The notes under the pieces: generated by a model
What the model saw: only the letters and a program-made list of their open reading frames with translations
Told to the model about the DNA's origin: nothing
Database searches by the model: none
Shown: positions 38,637-51,346 of the stretch, one piece after another
How the letters are laid out: each line of letters starts with the position of its first letter
Position numbering within the stretch: position 1 is the stretch's first letter
DNA from: Lama glama
Taxonomy: Eukaryota
DNA: 64,000 nt
Assembly (NCBI GenBank): GCA_028534125.1
Contig: CM052817.1
Span: 9,054,001-9,118,000, forward strand
Direction of reading: 5' to 3'
Position numbers and translations under genes: made by a program

Positions 38637-40519
38637 TGGGGGAAGCCATCAGGAAATCTCTCCAAGTCACAGGACAAGGTAATGATCAATAAAGAGACTA
38701 CTGTGTGCATGTGCATGTGTCTTTGCTTTTTCAAAGCCCACTGTCTGTGTTTTTCCTATTAGGTGAAGTTTCTTCACAGTTTTTGAAAAGTTCTAAGAAG
38801 TTACCTGACAAAAGAATGGAAAAAGAAATTGCAAACAGAAATATGAGTGCCATGAAGTTCAGAAGGCACCACTGCACCTTAGTCGTGAGTGGCGGGTGGG
38901 TGGGTGGAGGAACACTGGCTCCGGCCACACACTTTTGGTGCCCTTGTTGAGATTATGAAGCAGTCAACCCACCTGTGAGCTTCCTTCTCACTGAAATTAA
39001 TATCTAACCAATAGCATCTCTGCCAGCTGTTTCTTCTCCCCAAGACAGTTTCAGCAGGGAGGGAGCAGGTCATGTGACAGAGCTCAAGAGTTAATTATAA
39101 GCTTCTGGGTGCTGCTTCTCCACTCCCTGTGGTGATACTGGTGAGCCCTGCCTTGCTCTGAGGTTGTTTTTCTACCTATAAAGTGGGATGGATGGTAACT
39201 ACACCTGCTGCCTTTCTCTCCTCTGCACTTCAGCCCTACCAGCCCTCCTCAACCCTGCCCTCCAACCTGAGCCACTGGATTTGCACACAACACTCCTTTC
39301 GCTGGGACCTCTCCCCAGCCCGTCCCTCGTGCTAGATTTCCCTAGACACGTCTCTTGACCTTCATAAACCCTTTGGGTTTATGCCCTCTTTCCCCCATAT
39401 CAAGACTGAAAGATTCCCCAGGTTAAGGGATCATGTCTGCTGTTGTGTGTCATTATCACCCAGAGCTCAAGCCCTGTTCCCCACACATAATGGGCACTCA
39501 AAAAATAATGTATCTTTAACTATTGAGTTTCTATCAAAGGGTTGCTGTAAGGATCAAAGAATTTAATGTATCTAAAAGAGTTGTTTAAAACTCTTTCCTT
39601 TTTTTTTTTAGCACCAAATAAATGTGAATTATGATCATTGTCTTGGAGACAAGGTGTATCCAAATTCAGTCATGTGGGGTGTGCTGTGGTTTTGAGAGCA
39701 CCCTACTCTCACTTTTGTGCCTAAACTCAGATGGGGAACACTCTCAAGTCCTACTTCCTTGACCTTGAGCAGGAGAGGTCACCTATGAGAATTCACATAA
39801 AGCATTAGCTCGTTGCCTGAGAAATTGTGAGCACTACGTTAATGACAGTTCTCTTTCTTTCCATTTGGTTTATGGGGTCGTTGTGAAGAAAACTTGAGAC
39901 CATGGTCATAAAATATCCTTATAGAGTTGGGGCATCATTTGACATTACTCCTTGTTTTCAGGGGACGTTCCAGACGTCCTTAACTTGATTTCAGATGATT
40001 TAACGGAGACAGTTTCGCCTTACTGAGCAGATGGGGAGACCTCTTCTCCATACTCTGGTCTCTTGTTCCACTTTACTTCTCTCTGAGGTGTGATCATTTA
40101 CCTGTTTGAGAGCAGTAGGCGTTGGTCCATTGGATGGAGCGAATCTACAAAGATAATAAGTCCTGGGGATTTGGTGTCTCTCACCCCTTCCCCATCTGCG
40201 CCAGCGAAAGGAGGGACCTAAATTAGAAGATCTGGGCTGTAGACTCAAACTTTACCAGGGTGTGCTCTGCCAAGACAGGGGATTGGAAGTCAGCAAGCCC
40301 ATTTTCAGTTTCACTCTAATAGGCCCTTCTGTGTAGACTGTATCGATAAAAAGTTTAACACGTTGGCTCTCCATCTGCTGTTTCTCAACTGTCACAAAAC
40401 TCTGACTGTGGAGAGGGGTACTAATTACTGACCCAGTCATAGACCCTAAAACTGTCCCTATGCTTTATATCTCATTTTCTAGCACAATGCCAGGCATTTA
40501 ATAAGCACTTACTTCAGGA

Positions 40520-40790
40520 ATGAATAATATGATCTAACATTTACTGAATGCTTATCGTGTGCTAGACACTGTCTAAAGTACTTCACGCTTTGTTGTTTTT
40601 TTGCTTAATCCTTGCAGCAAGCCCTTGAGGCTGGTTTTAGTTCTATCTTTCTCACTGGACAGAGCAGTAAGTGGAGGAACAGCGTTTATGAAGCGCACCC
40701 AAAGCCACGCCGTCAGTAAGTGGCAGATGTGGGATTCAAATCCTGTCAGTGTGACCTCACGAAAGGCATGCTTAGCCACTACACAGTAAA
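40520..40790 (-). mobile_element. MIR SINE, near full length
   Basis: ctaacatttactgaatgcttatcgtgtgctagacactgt..gtaagtggcagatgtgggattcaaatcc. Confidence 0.85.
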
Positions 40791-41039
40791 GCCGATCGAG
40801 GAAGATGCCTGTAAATGTCATTTCCCTTCAGTTACAGGGCAAAGAATCTGGAAACGTGCTCCAGAAAAAGAAATCTTGGTTATTTGAAGAATCACAAACT
40901 CGATGACTTGGGAATTGAGTGTGAGAGAAAAACATTTATTTAATATAAATTTAGTTTTGATGCCTAACATTATGAAAACAATGGGGTAGTTGAGAGAATA
41001 GTCCCTGTTTTACATTCATGTATTTAAAAGTTGTAAATA

Positions 41040-41123
41040 GCGTGGAGGATGTAGGTCCATGGTAGAGTGCATGCCTAGCATGCACGAGGTCCTGGGTTCA
41101 GTCCCCAGGACCTTCATCAAAAA

Positions 41124-41158
<35 letters not shown>

Positions 41159-41190
41159 ATCCAATTACCTCCCTCCACTAAAAAATAAAA
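41040..41190 (+). mobile_element. tRNA-Ala-derived SINE (Vic-1 type) with (AAAT)n tract
   Basis: ggaggatgtaggtccatggtagagtgcatgcctagcatgcacgaggtcctgggttcagtcccc, (aaat)n, aattacctccc. Homologous to 21551-21668. Confidence 0.88.
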
Positions 41191-41949
41191 CTATTTTTTT
41201 TTTAGCAGTCGTTAAGTAGAAATAATGGGAAGTACCAGGACAGGTAGAAGGATCTCTGCATCTCGGGGTCACTCAGACCATCAGAAGTGGCTTGCCTGGG
41301 AAAGCACCCTTTAGATCTGCTCCTCTCCAAGCCCGTGTGCTTTGAGTCTCTCCTAAGCCTATCCTGCATTTCGGTGCATCCATGCTGAAAATTGTACCCA
41401 TGGGCCTGATCACTTTCAGGCAAGGTCATCTAACGTCTGTTTCATAGATAAGCAGACCAAGTGGCAGCCACACTCTCAGCATTTTCTCATAAGACTCGCT
41501 CATTTATTTCCACGCTTGTTCAAATCAATCTTTCAAAAAGACCTAATGTAGTGGGTGTATCTGTTTTACTGTAAGATTTTAAAAACTAACAGGTCTCCCG
41601 CTGGTCTCTGATCCTTCTGTCTCGAGTCTGAGGGAATTGACTCCTTTGTAAAAGAGAATCACAAAGCAAGTGGAAGGCAGTTAAATGACTCTCCGCTTGT
41701 CCAGCCCCGCTTATGACCAATCCAAGAGCTGGCATGAGTCACCACGGGCATGAAGCACTGAGCTGCACTCTATTAAGTCAGAGTGCCTGACCAGTTGCCA
41801 GGTACATGGATAAACTTGACTGTGTGGTTTCAGGACTCTCCCTCATTGTGAAATTTGTGACATGTCACATGCTTCCTTTGTACTCAACATGAATTATAGC
41901 TGACATTCTTTGGACTCTTTCCCTGGGAGAAGGGAGGCGTTATCCTTCT

Positions 41950-42156
41950 GGGGCTGGCACATCAAGGGCCACCTTTAGACCTTTGAAGGATGTAGGCACT
42001 CTTGTTTTCAGAGGCCTTCAGCACACTTTTTCATAATAAAATGTATCTATGCCCCATGATGGCTCTATTGCTTCACTCAGGAAATTGCTAAGGATGATAA
42101 AGCTAATTCTGAATTTGTTTTGTTACAAATTATTGACTTTTTCCTTTTGGTTTAAG

Positions 42157-42190
<34 letters not shown>

Positions 42191-42400
42191 ATCTGTGTCT
42201 GTACGTTGAGTAGGCCAGCTGATATAATGTAAAATTTTATAAACGTTAAATTAGCATATATTCATTTTTCCTTTGAAGGTTTCTTTTTGCCCTTTGGAGT
42301 TCCTATGTTTTTTTCAGATATCAGACATTTTTTATTTAAACCCATGAAACACTCACAGGCCCCCGATTCTCTATTTTGGATGTCTAATGGCTAAACTGGG
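41950..42400. mobile_element. Probable old hAT (Tip100-like) DNA transposon remnant containing (TG)14 at 42160-42187
   Basis: GC-richer ends with ggcc motifs around an AT-rich core. The family is a guess; the microsatellite is directly visible. Confidence 0.4.
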
Positions 42401-43587
42401 GCAGCCTACAGCCCCTTCCACTTGGCATACTGATGGTAAGGACATTTTCATGGAGGTGTCATTTGATGCAAATCTCTCAGGACAGGCCCCTGCTGTAGGG
42501 GCCACATCTGTCTGTGCAGGGGGCCTCCACACAGTGGGGCCTCAGGACACTGATGCCACGTTGGTGTCCACTTTCATTGTCTCTCACATTGTCTATGAGA
42601 GATCCTTTCTAGTTTTCACCAGATGGGGAGCTGCTAAAACAAAACAAATCTTGCTACCTGTCTTTCTTTCTCCTTCCGCAAAAACTCATCAGCTCAAATG
42701 CCACTTCACGGTAGACTTAGAATGTTCTTTTAAATAGGGCTGGAAGTTGGTGCAGAACTTCAAACTTAGAATGTTATTTTCTGGGGCTGTAGCTCAGCCA
42801 TGAAATTTTGCTCCAGGCAGATTTCAACATGCTAGATCTGAGCTAGAAGATGAATGTTTCATGCATTTATTCCACTTTAAAACCAGAAGGGTTTTTTTTA
42901 ATAGTATTTTTCTGCACATAAATGCTAGGCAAAGACCACTCTCCCACAACAAAATCGGGTCCAAAGGGCAGTGGAATGTTCGATCTATTCTTTTTTTCAT
43001 GAGAAGAAAACTGACTTTATTGAAGAACTAGCCCATTATTTTCTTCTTAACCTTATAACAACCTTGAGAAGGGTAAATAGCGTCATCCCCATTTTACAGA
43101 TGGGGAGGCTAGTGTGCAGAAAGATTAAACACATTGACCAGAATCAAACATAAACGACTCATCAGAGCCAAAATTTAAAGTTAATCCTTGCCTTTCTTCA
43201 GTTGTACAAAGCTACCTCATGAGCTGATGGAGGAAGACACTAAAAGGAAATATAGTCTGTGTATTGTACTGGTTGATTGTGTTGGTTCTGGGAGAATTTT
43301 ACCATCAAGGAAATTAGATTCAAGTGTGCACAGCAGCTACGAGTTGGAGGTCTGGTTTTTGGTGACTTTGTTGTCCACATTCATTGTGCAGAAGGGCTAA
43401 TTGCCTTAGTTGCCATGTTGCCACTTTGCAGTGGATTTGCATCTATCTCTTAACTCTCACTCCCTTTCTGTTCTTCCCCTTACCACTTCATTCCTAGATT
43501 TTTGCAGTGGCCTGTGGTTAACCTCTTTGGTTCCAGTACTTTCTCCTTCTCCTCCCTTACTTCTAAGTCAGCAGTATTAGGTTAGTA

Positions 43588-43995
43588 TGTGGTGGACACT
43601 GCCATGTGCTGCTCAGATGCCCCTTCAGTTGCTGTCCCAGCCTGTAGCTATCTGCCCCTTCAGGGATGTCTTGGGTGCAGAGATGTTCCCTCAGTCAAGG
43701 TCATACTCCTTCCTGGGAGCCCCACATCCAATAATTGATCCATGTGTGACTGCAAAACCTCCCTGCCATCTTGCCCTGAATCAGGATAACTCCAAAGAGC
43801 TGTTCTAGCTCCAGAGGTCCTTGTGGGGTTGGATGAGGCTACCAGGTCTGCATCACAGCTCAGCAACTCCCCCTGCCCAGTCCTGCTTCCTTCTTCTCCC
43901 TTCCCCAGGTGTTCAACCCGAGACAACCGTTCAATACACATCTCAAGGGTTCAACCATTTTTTAGAGTTGGTTTCCCAGGGAATCCAACCTACCA
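43588..43995 (+). mobile_element. ERVL LTR (LTR16-like)
   Basis: tgtggtggacactgccatgtgctgctcagatgccccttcag..cagcaactccccctgcccagtcctgcttcc..tttcccagggaatccaacct. Confidence 0.82.
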
Positions 43996-45689
43996 TGCCT
44001 TGGGCGGTGGGCAGAAAGGGAGGAAGGGAAGAAAGTGAAAAAAACAAGCTAGATAGAAAAGGAAGGAAGAAAATAAAGCAGGAAGGATCATTTATTTTAA
44101 TTAACTGTATTTGTCTCTCCTTCCAGTTCTTCCTTCAGCTCTACTGCTGCCACTATTTCCAGTGATATTTGAACATTTGACCAAAAACAACCTCTGTGAT
44201 GAGAATCTTATTTGCTTAGAAATAGTATTCATAGACTAAAACACAATGCTATAAAAAGATATTCACAGCCATGGCCTGCTCAGCTGATTTTGCCCACATC
44301 TGACCAAAATAGGTAAGTGACGTCTACACGGCTGCAGACACACACACTTCTGTGTGTCCTTCGACACAGATATTGTAACAGCAGCACATGTTTACTTAAG
44401 GATCATCTAGGACTATGTTGTGGAGTAAGGTGCACATTAATCTATTTCACTGAACAAGTGGCTTAAGCAGCAATAGTCACTCCAATCTACCAATTGCTTA
44501 CTATGTAGTCTAACATTTATTTCTGATGACCACACGTACAAATGTGTAGCCAGGCGTGACAGGGAGAAGAGTGTCTGTTCTGGCCCAGACTGAACTGCTC
44601 TTCCATTTTGTACTGACCACGTTCCACTGGTCCCATCCCCTGTTCTCACACTGCTGTGGCCGTGTGACCTGTGGTGGCCTTTCCTGGTTTCAAGGCCCAC
44701 ATTCCCAGCTTTTGCCTGTATGTTTGCTCCCAGTTTAGTTTACAAGTCATCTTAAACAATTGGATTAGACAGCTTGGTCCATGCAATGCTCCACAAATTT
44801 CTACCCGTAATTATCCCTTGGCCTGAGAGCATCCGTTCTGTCCGCAGGGCCTTGCAGCCCACTGACGGCATCTGTCTCTCTGATCTGAGCACTCGGTGTT
44901 CTGGGTACTCTCTTTGTGCTTCATGCCACACCTTTGGGTTCCACCCACATGATACATGTTGAAGTGAGTCATCTGTGCTCATAACAGGCCTTCTATAGAT
45001 AGAAATAGACGCCGTGGCATTTTTGAGTTTCAACGTTTGCACCCCTGGCTGCTAGGCTGGGCACTAGCTTGGTCTGGGGTCTCTGAAACTGAGGACGTCA
45101 CACCCAAGATGGTGTAGGCTACACTAGTTCGCTGTTCCCACTGACTATCCCAGAGGATACTGACTCTTTGGTTTGGTTCTCCCAACTTCTCTACTCTTGG
45201 GACACTAGGTCCCCTGCCACTCATTGTCTCATGCTTTTCTACCCAATTTAAATGTGACCCTGTTGGGGGGTCTTTGAGAGGAACCAATAAACTGCTCTCC
45301 TCTTTCTTATCTAAGTTCCAAATCAGTGGAGAAATAAAACAAAGGAAGCAGGTAAATGGGGCCAAAGTTTGACTGCTCTTAAGCTGGTATTAGAGAATTT
45401 GGCTTATGTCCACAGACATTTGGACCTCCTAACACTGAATCCCTGGACTGGTCAGAAGTGTGCACTAGCCACGCAGCTCTGAACAAGGGCAAATCCAATT
45501 CAGGAGGGGCTGGGTGGGACACATGCCCCACCTTCCACCCCCCGAGAGAGAGACAGAGACAGAGAGAGAGAGAAGCTTCTACACATGGTCAGTTTCTCCC
45601 TCTAAACTCTCCAATGAGTCGAGTTACTCCTCTGGGAAGAAGGTCAGGAGTGAGATAGCAATGGATTTTTCTCTACATGGATTAAAAAC

Positions 45690-45950
45690 ACCAAGAGTAG
45701 CTAACACTAGAATCAAATAACCATTCTCTGAGGCATCCTATGTGCTAGGCACTGTTCTAAGCTTGGTGCTTTTTTTAACCTATTTAATCATCATGACAAC
45801 TCTGTTAGGTAGGGACTAGGTCCTAACCTCCATTTCAACAGATGAGAAAACTGAGGCACAGAGAGGCTAATGAGCTTGCCTGAGGCCCTCTGTCAGTAAG
45901 CGGTGAAGCCAGGACTTGAACCCTGGAAGTTAGCTACCAGAACCAAGACT
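45690..45950 (-). mobile_element. MIR SINE
   Basis: tatgtgctaggcactgttctaag..cagatgagaaaactgaggcacagagagg. Confidence 0.9.
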
Positions 45951-46369
45951 CCTAGCCGCCAAGCTATGGCAGGTTCAGAATCTTCCAGGGATGCAAGGTG
46001 GCTCTTCCCCAACACTCCCCTTCCCTGCAGCCCAGCTCTACCCGCCCTTCCCGGCAAGGCGCAAGTTCTGTTCCTCCAAGTCTTCTTGCTACCAAGCTCC
46101 TTAAGGCCTTCTCACTTCGTAGGTCTCCAGGACTTTGGCCTTCACATTTAAACTCGCTCCTCACAGCCTGAACACTGTAACCTTTGTTCAAGCAGGACAG
46201 AAACTAAGGGATGCCAGAGTGAAGCCACTGAGAGGTAAGGTCTGATTGGTTCTGATCTGTGATGAGATAACTTCAGGGGGATGAAATGACGTAGAGAAAA
46301 AAGGGCAAAAAGCAGAGTCTGATTTGCATCTTGCAAGTCACTGAACACTCAACGATCTCCCGCCGCGTG

Positions 46370-48040
46370 GTGTTTTTATGAGAGCCTGCTCTGTGCTGGG
46401 CAGTGTTCTGAGTCCCAGGGAGAGAGGGCTGAAAACAAAACACACAAGCCAGCAAGCAAAACCTCCCTGCTCCCAGAAAGCTTTTTACCCAGTCAGGGGG
46501 CCCAGCTCCAAGCTGACAATCACACAAGTGCACAGGATTAAGTATTAGGAAAAAACCCAGAAAGGTGCTACGTGAACAAAGTTTGGGGCAGGTGGCAAGA
46601 CAACCTTCCCTCGGGCCATTGAGCTCCGAGTTGGAGAATGAGTAGTTACTCACTGTTTTAATATTGGTTAGAGCAGGGGGCACCTCCCAGGCAGAGGGGA
46701 GGTAATGCATAAAGGTTTTGAGGCAGGAGGCCACGTGGAATGACAGGCAGCTCCCATGGCTGGTGCCAAGCAGAAGCTGGATTAAACAAGGCTGGAAAGG
46801 TAGGCAGTGCCTGTGAAGGACTTGGGGAAAGATCGTAAGAGCAATGGGAGGCTTTGCTTCCTGTGTCATTCATTGAATTTATCCATTCAACACACATTTG
46901 TGCAAAATCTACGAGGTGCCAGGATCTGTGCTGAATTTCGTGGACATACAAAGATGAGCAAGACAGAACCCCCCCTCTCCCTCCATTTATCAGCTGTGGG
47001 GAGTAGACAGGGTAAAGGGTAATTATAATGTTTTATTGTGGTAAGACGGACTTGTCTCAAGCACTACAAAAACACAAAATGGACTTTTAACCACATCCAC
47101 TCAAGGAAACAAGAGTGAAAGAGAACCAATCAGGCTGTTCCTAGCAGAGGGCAGGGTATGTGCCCCAAAGAGCCAGCGGGTCAGGAGCCTCCATACAAGT
47201 GGGTAAAGGGCTGTGGATGACCTGTCAGGTGAACAGGAATTAAAAGGAAAAGGGCCCTACATACCATTCGGATGTGTTCAGACTTTATCTCATTGAATTA
47301 GTCTGCTCAGATTGTTATTAAAAAAAATACCACAGACTGGATGGCTTAGAAACAGAAATGTATTTTCTCAGTGTTCTGGAGGCTATAGAGTCTCCTATCA
47401 AGGGTCTATTCCTGGTGAGAGCTCTCTTCCTGGCTTGCAGACGGCCACCTTCTCTCTGTGTCTTCACATGACAGAGAGAGAGAGAGGAAGGGAGGAAGGG
47501 AGAGGGAGAAAGAGATCTGGTGTCTTTTCTTATAAGGCTATCAATCCTATCAGATCTGGGCACCACCTGTATGATCTCATTTAATCTTAATTAACTCCTA
47601 AAATCCCTATCTTGAAAGGCAGTCACATCGAGGTCAGGACTTCAGTATATGAATCTGAGAGAGACACAATCCAATCCATAGCATTCATGGTCAGCAAAGA
47701 GTCACTGAAAGATTTTAAGCAAGAAACAACATAATCAAACTGTTAATTCAGAAAGGTCAGACTGATGGGTGGGTTGAAACTAGATTAGAACAGGAATGGG
47801 GACAAAGAGAAACTACAGCACCATTTCTTCTTCTAGGTTAAAAAAAAAAAAAAAACGAGGAGGACGTGGTGACAGAAAGGAGAAGCCAAGTAGAAAGGAG
47901 GTGGCCTCAGCAGAAACTGCAGACTCCCAGGTTTCTGGCGTGGGCAACGGGACAAAGGGTGATGCCACTCACTGAAATTAAAGAACAGATGAGCAGATGT
48001 GCAGGTAGTGGTGGAGAGGGAGTTGATTTGGAAGCATCCA
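46370..48040 (-). mobile_element. L2 fragments, interrupted by a MaLR LTR
   Basis: cattcattgaatttatccattcaacacacattt, gtcactgaaagattttaagcaag, gactcccaggtttctggc. Confidence 0.7.
47294..47683 (-). mobile_element. MaLR solo LTR (MLT1A0-like) with 5-bp TSD
   Basis: ttagtctgctcag..aaataccacagactgg..ggcttgcagacggccaccttctc..atccatagca. Flanked by ctcat (47289-47293) and ttcat (47684-47688). Confidence 0.9.
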
Positions 48041-48854
48041 TTCTCATACATCAAGATCATAACTGGGCATGAAGTAAAAAATAACATTTGCGGATTTAAA
48101 AAGTAAAAGTAAAAATAATAATTGGGGATTTGGTTGGTTAGTCAATTGAGTAAACCTGAAACTCATAAGGGCTAGAGGCTTATCTAAAACTGTATTTCTG
48201 CAAAGATTATCTCATTTCTTAGGTCTGATCCTGATTCTTGGTTGAACTTACATGTTCCCTTTTCATCAAAATTCCACTCCGTGAAGTTGAAGTTCTTACT
48301 ATATGGTACTGCATTAACACTACTTGTATAATGTCTTTCTAAAGAGTGTCCAGTGGTTTAGTTCAGAGAAACAGAGCTGTAGGAGGTTTGGTGACATGTA
48401 GCTTTTGAAGAAAATATTAGTCACCATTTATAGTACTCCTACCACTGGGCACTCCTCTTCGTTGTGAATCCTCAGAACAGCTGTGTAGGAAGCTAACCTC
48501 TGGACTGAGAGATGACCCATGGGATGTCAGGCATCTTAATCAGGCATTTTATGGATGAGGAATCTGAGACTCGGATTAAGTAACTTGCCCAGATCACAGA
48601 GCTGAAGTAGTGGAGTCAGCTTTTAAAATCAGATCACCTGGTTCCCAAACCCAGGCTTTTCCACCTTCCCAAATGAATCCTCCTGGTAGAATTTTTACTC
48701 TCCATTTTAGAAAATGTCAGTTATCACTTTTCCGATTTTGACTGTGTTATCCTGTGCTTGGACAGGGCCTCCATACGAGGTCATCTTTAGACACTCCAGT
48801 CTACCAATTTAAGTTCTCTGATGGTTTCTCTCCCATCCCTGTGTAATTCCAAGC

Positions 48855-49306
48855 ATACTAGTTCCCTCATACAGCTGTAACAAGTTCATGTAGACTTAAT
48901 GGCTTTAAACAGCAGAAATTTATCATCTTACAATACTGTAGGTCAGAAAATCCAACACAGGCCTTGCTGGGCTGCAATCAAGATGTCAGCAGGGCTATAC
49001 ACTTTTCTGGAGACTCTAGGGTAGAATGTCTCCTTGCCATCAGCTTTCCTCCATCTTTAAAGCCAGCAACATTGGGTCAAGTCCTTCCCGCACTCCCAGC
49101 CAGCCTCTTCTAAGGACCCCTGTGATTACAATGCCCCACCGCACCCCCGGATAATCCAGATTACTCTCTCTCTCTTAAAGTCAACTGATTAGTAAACTCA
49201 ATTCCATCTGCAACCTTAATTGCGCTTTGCCATGTAGCCTAGCGCATTCACGGGTCTAGGGATACAGACATGCACATCATTGGGGGCCATTATTCTGCTG
49301 ACCACA
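48855..49306 (-). mobile_element. MaLR solo LTR (MLT1D-like)
   Basis: gctgtaacaagt..aaatttatcatcttaca..ggggccattattctgctgaccaca. Confidence 0.85.
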
Positions 49307-49889
49307 ACAAGTATTTCCAGTTTCTCTGTTCCAGTATGGGGAGAGGCTGTTTTTGGGGTAAAGGACCATGAGATGGTCCTGAATAACTGGCTAGAGTTTA
49401 AAAAAAAAAAAAAAAGGCAGGGAAAGGAGAGGGCTGCCCATGAACTTCCTAAGGTAAATGTAGATGGGAAAAGGAAATTAACTTTAATAAGAAGTCACTA
49501 AATTCCAGGAACCAACCAGGCTCTTTTAGAGTCTCTCCTCAGCCCTACAAGGCCAGTTTTGGTTCTCCTTCCCAGAAATTCCTGTTGGCTTTCTGAATCT
49601 GATTTGGGAAGATCCCTACCTGCCACAGAGAAGTGCACAGACTCACTGTACTGTACACAAGAAATCAACACAACACTGTAAACTGTCTATACTTTAATAA
49701 AAAAGAAAACAGAGAGGTTAAGTAATTTCTCTAAGGCCACAGTTAAAGGAAGATGGAGAGGAATTTAAACCCAGGTGGGACAAGCAATGAAGATGGCATT
49801 CTCAACTTAGAAACAGCTTGGTTTAAAGTCATGAGAACAGAAAAAAGACTTTAAAAAATTTTTAACTTTCTATTTCTTTTTGGGCCTTT

Positions 49890-50155
49890 CACCTATAATT
49901 AGCACTCCAATTTCTGGCTACTAATCAGCTTATTTTCCCCAAACTCTTCTATCACCTGGATTCCTAAGGCCAGAAAAGGAGGAAGTGTGCTGGCCTGCCT
50001 AATTGGTGTACTCACTGAAGCTTCTCCCATCAAAGGGCCAGCTTTGCCAGGGAGCAATTAACACCTAATTCACAATTGCTGATATCTCTGTATCTATTCT
50101 CCAGACCTGCTGATGGCACCCCACCCCTCATCAGAGCATCTTATTGTAAACAACT
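49890..50155. promoter_or_regulatory. Candidate developmental enhancer
   Basis: TAATTA 49896, CTAATC 49921, CTAATTGG 49999, ATCAAAG 50029, CAATTAA 50055, AACACCT 50060, GTAAACA 50146, all in repeat-free sequence. Confidence 0.45.
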
Positions 50156-50349
50156 TCTTCAGAGGCCTTCAGGGTCTAAAGTCCGGGTGTTAAAGGGCTG
50201 GAAGGAGCAGCACTGGGCTAACAGACGGGAAGATAATCCCTCTGGAGTCCGGCCTGAGCTGAGCTCTGGCAGAAGCCCCGTTAACCTGGGAGGACAAGCG
50301 CATACTGATGACAGCCCTAGAGCTGCAGGGCAGGTGGCTCCACGATCTC

Positions 50350-50545
50350 GCCTCAAAGGCCCATAGTCTTTGTTTGGCCTGGCTGCATATTAGAATAATC
50401 CAGGAAGGTTTTAAAAATCTACTGATACACAGGTCCCTCAAATGCAGAAAGACTGGGTCAGAACCCCTGAGGGCAGGCCCACCCGTCAGGAGTTTTTGAG
50501 TCTCCCCAGGTGGTTCTGGTGCATTACTGGCATTAAGAACCAATA
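50350..50545. mobile_element. MER5A-like MITE
   Basis: ggctgcatattagaataatccagga..ctccccaggtggttctg..ttaagaacca. Confidence 0.8.
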
Positions 50546-50911
50546 ATGTGTCCAACTGACTCTTTCACATTTGAGGAAACTGAGGCCCCGAGGCGTTGTC
50601 CTTGCCTAGAAGTGGCAATTGTCATCATTTTGAATCATAACTTCAACAGACTAATGTGTAACCAACCTCAGGAATCAATAAAAGATGGAAGAAAATAAAA
50701 CAAAGTTAAATATGAAAATTAAGGGAAACGGACTACTGGAAGAAGATGCATTTTGTAAATGCGACGACTCTAGGACCGATTGCATTAAGTGCTCTTTATC
50801 TGCTCATTTTTCTGAATCATCTTACTCACCCCTTAGACCATGTTGACTCCAGGGCAGAACCATGCCTCCTTCATCTCTGCATCCCCACTTCTGACACAGT
50901 GCCTGGTCCAG

Positions 50912-51346
50912 TATCATGGATGCACTATGTCCCTCAAAAATAATGGTCAAGTTCTAACCCCTGGTACGTGTGAATGTGACCTTATTTGGAAATTAGGTCT
51001 TTGCAGGTATAACCAATTTAAGATGAGGTCATATGGAATTAAGGTGGGCCCTTACTCCAATGTAACTGGTGTCCTTAAGAGAAGAGAAACAGGCACAAGG
51101 AGAACACCTTGTGAAGATGGAGGCAGACATTAATCTGTCTAGAAGTCAAAAAACACCAAGAATTGATGGCCACCCCCAGAAGCCAGGACAAGGCAAGGAA
51201 GGAATTTTCCCGAGAGCCTTTGGAGGGAGCATGGCTCTGCTGACACCTTGATTCCAGACATCTAAACTTCAGAGCTGGGAGACAATAAATTTCTGTTGTT
51301 TTAAGCCACCAGTCTGTGGTCACGGTAGCCCTCATAAGCCAAATAG
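50912..51346 (+). mobile_element. MaLR solo LTR (MLT1C-like)
   Basis: tgtgaatgtgaccttatttggaaattaggtctttgcag..aataaatttctgttgttttaagccacc. Confidence 0.9.

Noticed and set aside
38074..38762. ORFs of about 190-210 aa
   Set aside because: Artefacts of translating through the 500-N gap.
42782..42797. ggggctgtagctcag, resembling a tRNA 5' end/A box
   Set aside because: Only 15 nt; no B box or cloverleaf follows.
44337..44358. gacacaca-cacttc-tgtgtgtc hairpin
   Set aside because: 8-bp stem of CA/TG low complexity; too short for a pre-miRNA.
46273..46869. 198-aa minus-strand ORF, the longest gap-free ORF
   Set aside because: Lies in L2-derived sequence, with no recognisable domain or splice context.
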